A stretch of 64,000 bases of DNA from Marinicella sp. (GCA_965230295.1 OZ246001.1:3680001-3744000), one strand, 5' to 3'. Positions 10,909 to 22,117 are shown, numbered from the stretch's first letter. Notes: generated from the sequence alone by a model not told the origin. Translations and numbers: made by a program.

Positions 10909-11883
10909 TTACGATTGAGGCTCATTGGCATCAGTCAGATATTCAGCACATATTCCTCTGAAAGAATTCATGAAGTCATTCAAGTGTGCTGCGGAAAACC
11001 GGTAGTTTATCGGTAAAACTTGCGGGTTCTGTTGCAGTCGTCGATCGATCTTGTCATATACCCGAGGAGGTAATATGGCCGTGTGTTTCGGATTCAGTGA
11101 AATGAATTCAATCAAGTGATCAGTGATTTGTAGATCTACACATTGATCGGAAATATGGATATTCAGCAATGATTCCACATTGTTTTTGATCTGCGTGCAT
11201 ATGCCTTGTTCAAATTCAAAAATTTTGATGACACGTTCTTTGTTTATTTTTTCACCCAATTCAGAATCATCAATCTCGATGATCAGTTTTAGCAAAGGTA
11301 ATTCTGATTGTTCTGAAATCTCTTGCACTTCTTCAAAGTGAAATCCTGTTGTGATGAGGCAGCGTATGGAAGGTTGTAGTCTGACTCTGTCTAAGCTCAA
11401 CATATCAATACTCATTGGCATGACAGGCATATTGATGATATTTTCCAGTTCATTGGCATGGTAACCGGACTGATATCTTGAGCATTCGATGAATGCAATT
11501 TCAGGCTCATTTTTTAAGCCAAAACTGGCCATGTTAGCGACACTGGACAAAACGGTTGATGGCAAGAGTTTTGATTCCCTGCGAATTAACTCGGTGATGA
11601 GCTTTTGCATATGAAACAGTTCATGCTGATGCTGATTCAGATCATTGAATTCTGAGCTGCCAATGACGTAATACCCGCTGGTACCTTTGGATTGAATGAA
11701 ACCAGCCGCTTCCAGGCGTCGATAAACAGCCATCACTGTGATGCGATTGACTTCCCAAGCTTTTTCAGCTTGCCTCACAGAAGGCAGTTTTTCTCCCACT
11801 TGCCATTGTCCGGTAGCCAAGGCATATAACAATTGCTTGTGGAGGGCTTCAGATTTTCCGTGTACTGTGCTTTTGATACTCAT
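10909..11883 (-). CDS. GntR-family transcriptional regulator
   Basis: GEKLPSVRQ...VNRITVMAVYRRLEAAGFI...GYYV wHTH with a long C-terminal domain. Confidence 0.85.
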   Translation of the reverse strand: MSIKSTVHGKSEALHKQLLYALATGQWQVGEKLPSVRQAEKAWEVNRITVMAVYRRLEAAGFIQSKGTSGYYVIGSSEFNDLNQHQHELFHMQKLITELIRRESKLLPSTVLSSVANMASFGLKNEPEIAFIECSRYQSGYHANELENIINMPVMPMSIDMLSLDRVRLQPSIRCLITTGFHFEEVQEISEQSELPLLKLIIEIDDSELGEKINKERVIKIFEFEQGICTQIKNNVESLLNIHISDQCVDLQITDHLIEFISLNPKHTAILPPRVYDKIDRRLQQNPQVLPINYRFSAAHLNDFMNSFRGICAEYLTDANEPQS

Positions 11884-11988
11884 TGTTCACCATTATAGTT
11901 TTATTTTTCCGTCAATTAAACATGGACAACTGTTATATTTTACATTACAGTTTGAGAAATTAAAATAAACATCGTTAAAGAGGAACCT

Positions 11989-13077
11989 ATGTTAAAAGGC
12001 AACAAAAAATGGACGAGTCTGTTTTCAGTTATCTTGACATTGATGCTGCTGCCTACCGCCTGCACCCACAAAAAACCGCACAATGAGGCTAAGTCCATTT
12101 ACATCCGCGCAGCATTGAACGGCGACTTGTCTGACATCAATAATCAGCTGTCACAAACGACTGGAGCAGAAGCAGTCCTCAATGACTTTGAACATAAGTT
12201 CATTGCGAAGAACCATGGAATGGCAGTGGAGGATATTAAAGACGCTTTGATCAAACAAATCCTGTACACGTACATCGAATACTGGCGCCAATCATTGCTG
12301 AACCCCCAAATGCTTGAAGCACATGAATCAGCGCTTAAGTCTCAATTGGTGGAATTGGCAATCAAGTATTTGGATTTGGCACCATCAACTGCCTATGAAG
12401 AAATCAAAAAGCCAGTCACTGAATACATAGAAAGCAAAGGTTATGGTGTGCTGATATTTGGACGAATCCAGCCTTTGATTGATGTGTTGATATGGAGAAG
12501 CAACGACCAAAAGTCTTACAATGTTGAGCTTACAGACTCAATACAGCCTGTTGAGGTGATGCAAATCGGCGATTTCATCAGTTACGGGTGGAGTCACTAT
12601 GCCACACATGGCGCTGCATCTACAGGTGGTTGGGCCTCACCAGACATGTTGTACTGCGTGTGTGATGGCTATGATGAAGAATCAGAAAAATACCAGGTTT
12701 CATACCTTAAACATGAGGCCCGCCATTTTGCTGATTATCAGATATACCCTAAATTGGAATCAGCAACACTAGAATACCGGGCCAAATTAACTGAACTGGC
12801 GTTTGCTGATGAATCAATGCACCGCTTACTCAAGCATTTCAGTGCATCCGGGGTCAAAGACACGGCCAATGCGCACCCCCTCGCAAACTGGCATGTCATT
12901 GAAGACATGGCCCATGCTTTGAACAAGGAAGTTGATGACAAGCATCGTTTTGACTGGGAGTCCATCGATGTGAGTACAATTCAAAGCACAGCCAGAAAGC
13001 TGTTGAAGCAGAATGACGCGTTATTGCAAAGCCTGGGACCTGAAGAAGTCACCAACACCATTCACCCGCAAAATTAA
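11989..13077 (+). CDS. Putative lipoprotein with HExxH motif (possible zinc peptidase)
   Basis: Lipobox-like PTAC; LKHEARH followed by a downstream E (LEYRA). Confidence 0.55.
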   Translation: MLKGNKKWTSLFSVILTLMLLPTACTHKKPHNEAKSIYIRAALNGDLSDINNQLSQTTGAEAVLNDFEHKFIAKNHGMAVEDIKDALIKQILYTYIEYWRQSLLNPQMLEAHESALKSQLVELAIKYLDLAPSTAYEEIKKPVTEYIESKGYGVLIFGRIQPLIDVLIWRSNDQKSYNVELTDSIQPVEVMQIGDFISYGWSHYATHGAASTGGWASPDMLYCVCDGYDEESEKYQVSYLKHEARHFADYQIYPKLESATLEYRAKLTELAFADESMHRLLKHFSASGVKDTANAHPLANWHVIEDMAHALNKEVDDKHRFDWESIDVSTIQSTARKLLKQNDALLQSLGPEEVTNTIHPQN

Positions 13078-13088
13078 ATTCATTGATT

Positions 13089-14270
13089 TTACTTCTCAAG
13101 CCTTTGTAGCCATCTTTTAGCAAGTGAAAATTCAGGGTCAATTGTCAATGCTTTTTCGATCATGAGTCTGGCATTTTCAGGCTGACCCTGTGCTCTGCGT
13201 ACAAGACCCATTCCGAGATAAGATTCCTTCCCTCCAGGATACACTTCTAAGGCATATTGAAAGATTTTTTCTGCGGCAATTAAATCCTTGCTCATTATCG
13301 TGTGAAAACCAAGGTTAAATAGGACCGATATAGGTGTCTTGATTTCATACCCGTATCGTTTTGATAAGCTATCGAAATGTTGAGTCACTTTATCCAACGA
13401 TTCCAGGTTTTCACCGGGATTGAAGGGGTTGAAGTCAGGATATAACGCAAGAAGAAACTTTATAAAATCCATCGCTGGTACATGTCCCTGGTTCACCAAT
13501 TCATCCACTTTATAGGTAAGGCTCTCTGGTTTATGGTCCGCTAAAACACGTATGAATTCAGAAACGTCATTTGTTAATCCTTCATCATCGCTGTAAATGA
13601 TGTGCAAAAACCTGTTTTCCAAAAGCTTTTTTAACGGACCTGATTTTATTTTTTGTTGAAGCACTTCCGGTATAACCATAAGGGATGGGCTACTTGCAAA
13701 GTAGCTATTAAACAGAAGGGGGTTGTTGAGTAGGGTGTAAACAGTGAAAAATCCACTGTTAGAACCGCCATAAAGGGCTCTGAATGGAGCAGTCCGGTAG
13801 TTTTTATCAACGTGTGCCATCAACTCTGTCTCAAAGAACTTGATATAACCATCTGGAATTGTAGTGTCCTGATTTTCCCTTGTTGGTAACAAAATACGAT
13901 TTCCTTCAGGTAAATCTATTCCAATAAGTATCATCTCAGGAATTTGTCCTTCGCCCATATAGTCTAGTGTAGAAGCCAGCATGGCGAACCGTGCCTGGTA
14001 ATCTGAACCCAGCATATACAGCACGGGATAGGACTTTCTGGAACTGTGGTAGTTCGCAGGTAAATGGATTGACAGTGGCACTGTTTTTCTTAACACTTTT
14101 GACTGAAGTGAAGTTTTTTTTCCTAAGGTAACGGCTGGTTTATTGTGTTTTGCCGAAACAGCACCAGTAGCAAAAGGTAGTTCGTGTGGTTTTACCTTAC
14201 CGGCCTGAGTTTCAATGAAAACCTGTGACAATAAAAAACATAAAATTAAACTTTTTTTCATATTCATCAA
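13089..14270 (-). CDS. Secreted alpha/beta-hydrolase (esterase-like) with C-terminal TPR
   Basis: YPVLYML, GGSNSG nucleophile elbow, ASSPSL, GH; TPR-like helices at the C-terminus. Confidence 0.8.
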   Translation of the reverse strand: MMNMKKSLILCFLLSQVFIETQAGKVKPHELPFATGAVSAKHNKPAVTLGKKTSLQSKVLRKTVPLSIHLPANYHSSRKSYPVLYMLGSDYQARFAMLASTLDYMGEGQIPEMILIGIDLPEGNRILLPTRENQDTTIPDGYIKFFETELMAHVDKNYRTAPFRALYGGSNSGFFTVYTLLNNPLLFNSYFASSPSLMVIPEVLQQKIKSGPLKKLLENRFLHIIYSDDEGLTNDVSEFIRVLADHKPESLTYKVDELVNQGHVPAMDFIKFLLALYPDFNPFNPGENLESLDKVTQHFDSLSKRYGYEIKTPISVLFNLGFHTIMSKDLIAAEKIFQYALEVYPGGKESYLGMGLVRRAQGQPENARLMIEKALTIDPEFSLAKRWLQRLEK

Positions 14271-14360
14271 TTCCTCTCTATAAAAGAACGCCTGTGGTTA
14301 AAGACAGGTTCTGTAAATTCAATAGAAAACAATTGTAGATGGGTGAAAATTGAAAGACCT

Positions 14361-14388
14361 GAAGTCAGGCTGATTTTTGCCTGACTTC
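14361..14388. terminator. Perfect stem-loop
   Basis: GAAGTCAGGC-8nt-GCCTGACTTC. Confidence 0.55.
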
Positions 14389-14532
14389 TGAATGATTTAA
14401 ATATTTATTCAGGATGTTAACGTTTTCCATGATGGTACAAATACACTGCAGGCATTAATTGTGTACACACACTGATCCATGGTGATTTGACGATGTAAAG
14501 ATTTCATTCAATCAGAAAAATTTAAATTGAGG

Positions 14533-15183
14533 TCATTCAAAGCCATCCCTGAAGATCAAATCAAGGTCATCGATAAACTCAAAATCATCTATGGCGACAT
14601 CACCTTCGCTCCCTGTTCCTGAGTGGACATGACGGAATCGCAGAAAAATCGATTGGGGTACAAAATCTGTGAGATCAACAGTCATCTTTTGCCACAGGTC
14701 AATGTTGTCACTAATGGGTTGTATGACATCAATTTGAATGGGGTTAAGCCCTGCATTCAATACATCGATATGGAGTAAGCCAACGTCCTGTCCAAACATG
14801 TGATACCAGAAAGACGCTTGCGGATTTTGGGTGTTGCTCAGCTCCAAAAAGGGGGAGATTAAAATGCTGACACCCATTTCATTAGAGCAGGGTGATGAGA
14901 CGGAGTGAACATACAAGTAAAACCCAGATTCATCCCCCGTCGTGTGATCAACATCCGGGCCAGAATTGGGTGAGGCGGTCGGCCCTTTGTTAGCCAACCA
15001 GTCTTTGTCATCAAAAAGATCCTCATTGAACCAGCCCAACGCATTGATTGGGCATGAGACTGTACAGTCATCTATACAGCCCGACTCTGATTCAAAGTCT
15101 TCGAAATAGGGCGGCACAACCGCTTGCACCTTCGTCACATATCCCAAGAACACGATCAATACGACTGTGGTTTTGAAATTCAT
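14533..15183 (-). CDS. Secreted MAM-domain protein with C-terminal IFRDGFE motif
   Basis: GPDVDHTTG...GFYLY, FWYHMFG, GDVAIDD are MAM signatures; ends DLIFRDGFE. Confidence 0.85.
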   Translation of the reverse strand: MNFKTTVVLIVFLGYVTKVQAVVPPYFEDFESESGCIDDCTVSCPINALGWFNEDLFDDKDWLANKGPTASPNSGPDVDHTTGDESGFYLYVHSVSSPCSNEMGVSILISPFLELSNTQNPQASFWYHMFGQDVGLLHIDVLNAGLNPIQIDVIQPISDNIDLWQKMTVDLTDFVPQSIFLRFRHVHSGTGSEGDVAIDDFEFIDDLDLIFRDGFE

Positions 15184-15307
15184 ATCCACACCCCGAAAAT
15201 TGTTTATTAGTTTGGTATTCAAAAAGAGTATTTGTAGTATAGCAAGCCATTACTTTAATATAAAAAATTGGATCAGTAGTTCAAATCACTTATAAAAGTT
15301 ATTTCTA

Positions 15308-16465
15308 ATGAAAAATATCAGTTTAATACTTGTTCGTGTTTCTTTACTCATTGTCATGGTTATCGCAGGATTCTTGGCCTTGTTCCCTGAATGGTGGGAC
15401 TTGCGTGACATGCATGCCTCATCCCAATCAAACAAGCCAAGCACCCACCTGCAATCAGATCAGGTTGACCTGGCTGCTTCAGAACAACTCCAAACATTGC
15501 ATACTGAAAACCCGCAGGAAGCAGCTGCAGAGAGTAAGGAAATAAAATCATCATTTGATCTTCAACAAGTGAAACTGGAAGAACCCAAACAGACGCCTGA
15601 GAAAAGGCCAATGAGCTATAAAGCGTCAGCTACAGCATTTCCAGATGCATCATTCAGATCCTGTGTTGAATTCAGAATGCGCAGAGAAGGTGTTCTGGAC
15701 CCTTCTGATATCACCAGAATGGACTGTAGTTACAAAGAGGTCTCAGATGTCACTGGTCTGGACCAATTAGCTGCCCTAGAAGAATTAATCCTACAAGGGG
15801 TTGATGTTGAATTCATAAAATTGGGGCAACACCCTAAATTGAGAAGCATTCTGATCACCGAAACGGCTGTCAAGAGCCTTGATCTGACTCATGTTCACAG
15901 CTTGCAATCATTGAATGTCAGTCGTAATAGAGGCCTTAAAGAAGTGGATCTGCCAGTACAAAACACCATCAAACGATTGGTCCTGGATACCAATGCTTTG
16001 AGTGCTATCCATGTGCCCGACAGCGAGATAACACAGTTCATCTATCTACAAAAGAATCAATTGGAATCAGTGCATTTAGGCCATATGCCTCAGATCAAAA
16101 AGCTGGATGTCAGCCACAATCAGTTGTTAAGTCTAGATACATCTCATATGGCATCATTATCCAGTTTGATGGCAATACACAATCAATTGACCACAATAGA
16201 CATCAGCCAAAACAAACAGTTGAGTGAACTATTGATCGCTCAAAACAACATCCAAGAGTTGGATTTATCTGATCACCGAGAAATCAAAGAACTGATGTTG
16301 TTTGATAATCCAATGACACTTCCAAAAGTTAGCCATTTGAGCAAGTTGGCCGACCTGGCCATAGATGAAGCCCAGTATCAGGAAATGAAACAATCAAAAA
16401 CTGTCCTACCCTTTGAAGCAAAAGTCACCAAAATGAAACATGTGCAGATATTAAGAAAAAAATGA
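15308..16465 (+). CDS. Membrane-anchored leucine-rich repeat protein
   Basis: N-terminal TM; LxxLxVSHNQLxxLD repeats; FPDxxFRxCV LRR cap. Confidence 0.85.
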   Translation: MKNISLILVRVSLLIVMVIAGFLALFPEWWDLRDMHASSQSNKPSTHLQSDQVDLAASEQLQTLHTENPQEAAAESKEIKSSFDLQQVKLEEPKQTPEKRPMSYKASATAFPDASFRSCVEFRMRREGVLDPSDITRMDCSYKEVSDVTGLDQLAALEELILQGVDVEFIKLGQHPKLRSILITETAVKSLDLTHVHSLQSLNVSRNRGLKEVDLPVQNTIKRLVLDTNALSAIHVPDSEITQFIYLQKNQLESVHLGHMPQIKKLDVSHNQLLSLDTSHMASLSSLMAIHNQLTTIDISQNKQLSELLIAQNNIQELDLSDHREIKELMLFDNPMTLPKVSHLSKLADLAIDEAQYQEMKQSKTVLPFEAKVTKMKHVQILRKK

Positions 16466-16706
16466 ATAAGGCTGTGGTTTTAAGTTTGGACTAAGGTCTT
16501 TACCCATAAATTAAACACAACCGTCATTGAATATTGTCCTGATGACAAGCAGCGTAAGAATGAGGTTGCAGAATTTTATGGGCCAGAGCAACTTTAAACT
16601 CCCTTAAAAATCACTGCCAACAGATACAACAAGCCACATGTTTCATATATTTTCACGCACTATTGTGCTATGCTGATTAGTCAATCAATAATTATTATTG
16701 GGGGGT

Positions 16707-17669
16707 ATGAAATTGAAAATATTCCATTTTATTGTCTTGATACTGTTTAACCCAGTACTTATTGCTGGAGAAGTTGAAGGAATGGGTGATGAATCTGGAG
16801 ATCGTGCTGATAGAGCAAGCGATAGAGACAGAGCAGGCAGCGGCGATCGTGATCCCGGCGGAAACAGTGAGCCTGGAGGAAGAGACCCAGGCAGTGCTGC
16901 AGATAGAGAAGGTCCAAGAGATCAAAGTCGTGCTCTAGAAACAGGAAGAATTGAAGTACCTGAGCCGCCACCAATGAGACCTGAAAAGAATCAACCACCT
17001 GAGCCTATACAGGCACCACCTAAAAACGAATCAAATTCCCAAGGTGGGAACAATTTAATAGATAGAAGTCCTGGTGATGGTGGATCCCAAGATCACCGTG
17101 ATAACCCTGCTAATTCAATTAACTCTAAACCTGCCGGTCCTTCGAGTTCGAACAGTTCTCCAAACCAAAACGAATCTGTTGGAACGCCAGTATCCAGAAT
17201 TGAACAGGCAAATAGAGCAAAGAACCTAGCAAACATTCATGGCACGAACGCAATAAATTTAATGAAACAGGCAATGAAGGCTGAAGAAGATGGAAATACT
17301 GATTTAGCTATAACTCTATTCATCGAGTCATTGGAGGCAAATCAAAAAGCTAATTTAAATGCTGAAATTGCAGAAGCACAACTAAGGTTTTCAAAACTTG
17401 AAAACACAAATAATAGTTCAAATTCAGAACCTGAGACAATCGCAGAAAAAGTGGCAAAACAAGCCACAAAAGAATTAATTACTGGTTCACCTGGTAAACT
17501 TGGTAGAGCTCTAGGAGCAGCTGGTGCTGTATTTTCATCTGCTGAATTAGACACCGAAGGAAAAGGTGAATCTGTTGGGTCTGGATTGTCTTTGTATGAA
17601 TTGAATCTTCATAGATCACTAAAAGAAATAGAGAACATGAAAACATTCCCTGATCAAGAAGATCCATGA
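16707..17669 (+). CDS. Secreted hypothetical protein with low-complexity G/D/R/P/S/N N-terminal half
   Basis: Signal peptide; disordered stretch followed by a helical domain; no family recognised. Confidence 0.6.
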   Translation: MKLKIFHFIVLILFNPVLIAGEVEGMGDESGDRADRASDRDRAGSGDRDPGGNSEPGGRDPGSAADREGPRDQSRALETGRIEVPEPPPMRPEKNQPPEPIQAPPKNESNSQGGNNLIDRSPGDGGSQDHRDNPANSINSKPAGPSSSNSSPNQNESVGTPVSRIEQANRAKNLANIHGTNAINLMKQAMKAEEDGNTDLAITLFIESLEANQKANLNAEIAEAQLRFSKLENTNNSSNSEPETIAEKVAKQATKELITGSPGKLGRALGAAGAVFSSAELDTEGKGESVGSGLSLYELNLHRSLKEIENMKTFPDQEDP

Positions 17670-17692
17670 ATAAAAAGTTCAACAAAAAGATA

Positions 17693-17855
17693 ATTGGACA
17701 GACAACTAAACTGCGAAATTTGATGATTTTAAAAGTGGTTAATTTTATTACAGTTGCTGAAATAAATTGACAAGTAAAGTACGAAACTTTTGATAAAACG
17801 CCCCAAAAATAGGCCAATCATTTTTTGACAACTTAAGTACTGAACTTTTTGTCCA
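17693..17855 (+). mobile_element. Tn7-like left-type end with three spaced transposase-binding sites
   Basis: ACAACTAAAC (17702), ACAAGTAAAG (17770), ACAACTTAAG (17828); spacing 68/58 bp; closes with TTGTCCA. Same layout as 54467-54630. Confidence 0.75.
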
Positions 17856-18058
17856 TTTTCTACTTAAGACACTAATAATTTTCTGCTTACAAATCCACTG
17901 CTTTTCTGGGGGGTTACCCAGCTGCCTCGAATATTAATCGTCCGCTGATTTGATGAAAAACACATTGAAATCAGAAAAAAATTTGACTTTCATAAGGTAC
18001 TTTAAGTTAAGGATTGCATAATGGCTGCAACAACAATAATATTTTTGGAGAATTTAAA

Positions 18059-18514
18059 ATGAAAACAGCAGCAGGAGTCATCTTAATCATTGCAGCAGTC
18101 TTTAACCTCTTTGCCGGTCTGGCCTATTTGGGTGGGGGTGCAGCCACCACGGGTCTGAATAATGCCATGGACTCTGCAGTGATGCAGGAGATGCAACAAC
18201 ACATGACAGAAGAAGAAAAGGCCGAAATGAAACGTGTTCAAGGCGAAGTAGGTGGCGCTGGTATGGGTCTGATGGTTTTTGGCGTGTTTTTGCTAGTCAG
18301 TGTGGGTATTCTGATTGCAGGTGCGGTGTTTCTGTTCACCAATAAAAAACCTCAACTCATTGTCGTTGCTGGTGGCATGGCCATTATTGCTGAGGTCATA
18401 GGGATCTTGTTAACTGCCTTTGGTATCATCAACTTGATAGGCCTGGTAGGTGGTGTGTTGGCCATCATTGCAGCCAAATCCATGAGCGGTCAACCCTCCC
18501 CAGCGGTTGAATAA
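18059..18514 (+). CDS. Small integral membrane protein
   Basis: GGAG RBS; about 4 hydrophobic Gly/Ala-rich helices. Confidence 0.75.
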   Translation: MKTAAGVILIIAAVFNLFAGLAYLGGGAATTGLNNAMDSAVMQEMQQHMTEEEKAEMKRVQGEVGGAGMGLMVFGVFLLVSVGILIAGAVFLFTNKKPQLIVVAGGMAIIAEVIGILLTAFGIINLIGLVGGVLAIIAAKSMSGQPSPAVE

Positions 18515-18548
18515 CATCTTGAATAATTTAAGCAATAATTGATCAACA

Positions 18549-18573
18549 GAAGCAATCAAATCTTGGTTGCTTC
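18549..18573 (+). terminator. Probable terminator
   Basis: GAAGCAATCAA-ATC-TTGGTTGCTTC followed by ATTATTTTT. Confidence 0.5.
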
Positions 18574-18586
18574 ATTATTTTTGGAG

Positions 18587-19195
18587 CATGAATACGATCA
18601 TTGATGATTAAAAATCTGGTGCTGCAGGATTTGTACTACACACTGCGCAGAGCTCGTGGGGTTGGTGGTGTTTTTTTCCGCTTTTTGGCTGTGAATTTTT
18701 TCTAAATTTGGACAAGTCAATACCCAATAGTAGCCATGATGCTGTCCTGGTTGTTTGATGCAAAAACAGCCCAAGCCTTATTCATTGGCTGCCATCCGGC
18801 TTTTTCACTGTTTTATCTGGTGTCGATCAACACCGCACCTTTATTTGTGTTGTTTGCAGTCAGTGACCAAACAACCAATGGCATTTGCAGTAAATACTTA
18901 CGCTTTTTGTTGCCCGTTGTTGTCAATGCATTGAAATATACATTGGCCGATTCTGGGGTTGTGTCTTGTTGGTCTGGGCAGCCTATATCGCGATCAGTCT
19001 GATTGCTGCGCTGTGGGTGGTGGTGTCATTGATGATTTATACCATACCATTCATTTCAAAAAACCAGATCGATTGATGTTTTTGACTTCAATGGCTGTGA
19101 TTTTCTTAAAAATTATAGTTTTTCAGGCTTTTGAATCGCAAATGAAAAGTTGGCACTTTATGCAACTATGTGGTCACTGGTCCAAAAATGAATGA
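18587..19195 (+). pseudogene. Possible frameshifted membrane-protein gene
   Basis: Overlapping short hydrophobic ORFs in different frames with poly-T runs. Confidence 0.3.
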
Positions 19196-19431
19196 ATTTC
19201 TCAATTTGTGTTAATTTGGGTGTTAAACCTCTATAAATCATTGAATCATATTGCTTTTTCAAACTCACTCCTGGATTTACCGCTCTTAGCACATTTCTTG
19301 GGTTGTGCGTTCAAGAAAAAGAACATCAGGATTATATCAGAATTAAATCAGGGCTTTGTTGTGATGTTCATTGACAATGAACAGCCATGCAATATCAAAC
19401 TAATGAAATAACAAAACAGGAGAGATTAGAA

Positions 19432-21309
19432 ATGAAAAAAATATTGATTGCCGGAATGATTTTGGCAGGAAGCGTTTCAGCTAATGCCACAAATTTTTCA
19501 AATTTAGAAGAACATACAATACATGGCATGTTGGCTATGCAAGAAGCCAATAATAAAGTTTCCAGTGGAGATGTTGCTACAGTTGGTCCAGTTAACTCTT
19601 CTTGTGATTATAACTTTGGTACAAACAGGATTCAGGACGCCATTGATTCAGGAGTCCCGGAAGTCAGAATTGCAGATGGTACTTATTTTGAAAACTTAAT
19701 CATCGAAGACATCAGTGTTACCATCAAGGGTGGTTATGACAATTGTTCTGATGCAGCCAGTGATATCTCAAACAACACGCTTCAGGTGATCAGAGGTGAT
19801 TCTACATCAGGTTTTCCAGTCATTCGAATCCTGGGGAGCAGTCAAAGAAATGTTGTGAATATAAGTGGACTAAACTTGACTGATGGTAATGGAACTACCT
19901 TTGTTTCAGGCGGAGGCATTTCAGCGTATTTAGCCGACGTAGAATTGAATATTGAAAAATCCTGGCTCAAGGGCAACACTGGGATTATAGGCGGAGGACT
20001 GGCAGTTGTCGAAGGTGACACCGATGTGACCTTGTCAGATGTCTGGATCGACAACAACAGCGCTACCGAAGGTGGCGGTATTTACTGCAAAGGCTCAGAT
20101 GCCTCAGTTCTTGTAAGTGATTCAGGTGATCAACACAATTCTGGGATATCAGGTAACACGGCAACCGCTGGTAATGGTGGTGGTGTATTGTTGATTGACG
20201 GTTGTCTAATGACCAGCTACAGCGGCACCTCAAGTGGGGGCCTGGATTATCGTGGCATTTCTGATAACCAAGCCACTGGAAATGGAGGCGGTATTGCAGT
20301 AACTGGTGGTTCTATACTCAACCTGCATGGTGCAGAATTTTGTGACTTTGATTGTATTGGTAACAATGACAACCCCGTTAATGTCAGTCGCAACATTGCT
20401 AATTCTGATGGAATCGGCACAGGATTAGAAATAGGTGGAGGAATTTATATCCAAGATGTCGAGAGTGTCGCCAACCTCAATAACGTCTTGATCCAGAACA
20501 ATGAAACCAACAGCAGCCACGGCGGTGGTATTGGAATCAAATCCGGTACTGTTACAGTAAACTCTGTATTCAATAACACGGTTTTTCAAGTTGATTGTTG
20601 GAGCCCAGGTTCATGCAGCCAAATTGATGGCAACTATGCTCACGTCGGTGGTGCAATATATGCTGAATCAAACAGTACAGTTAACATATACCGTACTGTG
20701 ATAATGAACAACAGAGCCAATGTGGGTACAGCAATTTATGCTGAGGGCAGCAATACAGTGATCGATACTGAAAGTTCTTTAATAGCCAACAATGGCGCTT
20801 TTGGCGTTGGTGGATTTTCTGACAACAATGCCATACGCCTGTTCGTAGGACCCAGTGCCACTTTTGATTTCACAACCATTGCAGATAATTCTTTGACCGA
20901 TGAAGTGATTGACAACTTAGCAAGTACAATCAATGTCGGGTCTTCTATCATCCATGAATCCAATGGCTTGACTATCTATAATTCATCTTCCACAATGGGT
21001 GAAACTTTTCACTGTACCATGGTACATGATTTAACAGGTGTTCCTTCAGGTGTCACAGGTTCCTATAATGAAGCAAATGATCCAGAATTTGTTGATCGTT
21101 TGAATGGTAATTTCAGAATCAACGCTTCATTATCTCCAGCAGTTGATTACTGTCACAGTACGGTAACTCCACCAAGTTTTGGCGATATCGATGATGAACA
21201 GCGGGGGCTTGATGATCCTATATCCGATAATGGTCCGGGTCCTTTTGACATTGGTTTCGATGAAACTTATGCCAATGAAATTATTTTTGCTGACGGTTTT
21301 AATAGGTGA
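19432..21309 (+). CDS. Secreted parallel beta-helix (Pmp-like GGGI repeat) protein with C-terminal IFADGF motif
   Basis: Repeated N-x-A...GGGI; SPAVD...DIGFDE tail; ends IIFADGFNR; AGGAG RBS. Confidence 0.85.
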   Translation: MKKILIAGMILAGSVSANATNFSNLEEHTIHGMLAMQEANNKVSSGDVATVGPVNSSCDYNFGTNRIQDAIDSGVPEVRIADGTYFENLIIEDISVTIKGGYDNCSDAASDISNNTLQVIRGDSTSGFPVIRILGSSQRNVVNISGLNLTDGNGTTFVSGGGISAYLADVELNIEKSWLKGNTGIIGGGLAVVEGDTDVTLSDVWIDNNSATEGGGIYCKGSDASVLVSDSGDQHNSGISGNTATAGNGGGVLLIDGCLMTSYSGTSSGGLDYRGISDNQATGNGGGIAVTGGSILNLHGAEFCDFDCIGNNDNPVNVSRNIANSDGIGTGLEIGGGIYIQDVESVANLNNVLIQNNETNSSHGGGIGIKSGTVTVNSVFNNTVFQVDCWSPGSCSQIDGNYAHVGGAIYAESNSTVNIYRTVIMNNRANVGTAIYAEGSNTVIDTESSLIANNGAFGVGGFSDNNAIRLFVGPSATFDFTTIADNSLTDEVIDNLASTINVGSSIIHESNGLTIYNSSSTMGETFHCTMVHDLTGVPSGVTGSYNEANDPEFVDRLNGNFRINASLSPAVDYCHSTVTPPSFGDIDDEQRGLDDPISDNGPGPFDIGFDETYANEIIFADGFNR

Positions 21310-21329
21310 CCATTGATTTAAAATGATCC

Positions 21330-21360
21330 AAAAGCCTCGTAATCGTAATACGGGGCTTTT
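21330..21360 (+). terminator. Rho-independent terminator
   Basis: AAAAGCCTCGTA-7nt-TACGGGGCTTTT. Confidence 0.75.
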
Positions 21361-21691
21361 CATTCTTAAATCAAAAGTCCTATCAGGAAAAAGGGGATCA
21401 GCAACAGCTCATGAACATTTTCCATGAGGTGGAGGGTTGACCAACATTAGTGAAAAATTACACAAAAACTGAGATATGGTACTGATATCAATAGAAATAT
21501 TCCAAATTGTCTGGCTTCATTCTACTTTCAACCCAACTGTCTAATATGGAAATCTATATAGATATGCATGTGAAAACTATATAGTTTTAAAATCAATAAC
21601 TTAAAAGATTTACTTTAATACTTGATTAAGTAAAATTGTTAGAGCAAAAGATAAATTAAATTACTCAAAATGGTAAATCCACTCACTTGGA

Positions 21692-22117
21692 TTGATGAAT
21701 TACTTAGATAAAAAAGCTCCGGGCATAGCACCAGAAACAGTCAAAAGATCACTAGGCCTTCATGACTGCCAATATAGATATTTGAGTGATATTGTATTCC
21801 CGAATAGAGGAAAACTTCATTATTCAATATACGAATTATTCATCCTAGAATTAACTAATCACCTAAAAAACAAGGGAAGACCAGTTGTTGAAATTGGATT
21901 AATTAACTGGGAGTTATTTTCTGAAAAGATGAAGAAGAATGGGATCTTCAATTACCTAGGCCTACATCTTATAGTTGGCTATACTAATGAACGCCTTGCC
22001 GAGTATGATAAATTGTCAGATATTAAGTCAAGGGGAAAGAAATCTGATTATCTAAATTTGAATAAGTTTCTAGTTCCATTTATTGACTCATTGTCTAATC
22101 CGCTCAATAAGGGGTAA
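21692..22117 (+). CDS. Hypothetical protein, probably 3'-truncated
   Basis: Its stop codon is supplied by the Tn3-type repeat (GGGG-TAA). Confidence 0.4.
   Translation: MMNYLDKKAPGIAPETVKRSLGLHDCQYRYLSDIVFPNRGKLHYSIYELFILELTNHLKNKGRPVVEIGLINWELFSEKMKKNGIFNYLGLHLIVGYTNERLAEYDKLSDIKSRGKKSDYLNLNKFLVPFIDSLSNPLNKG

Noticed and set aside
17669-17695. Upstream gene as an attTn7-like target because the end lies about 25 bp past its stop
   Set aside because: The gene is a non-conserved orphan and the adjacent end is left-type; probably coincidence.
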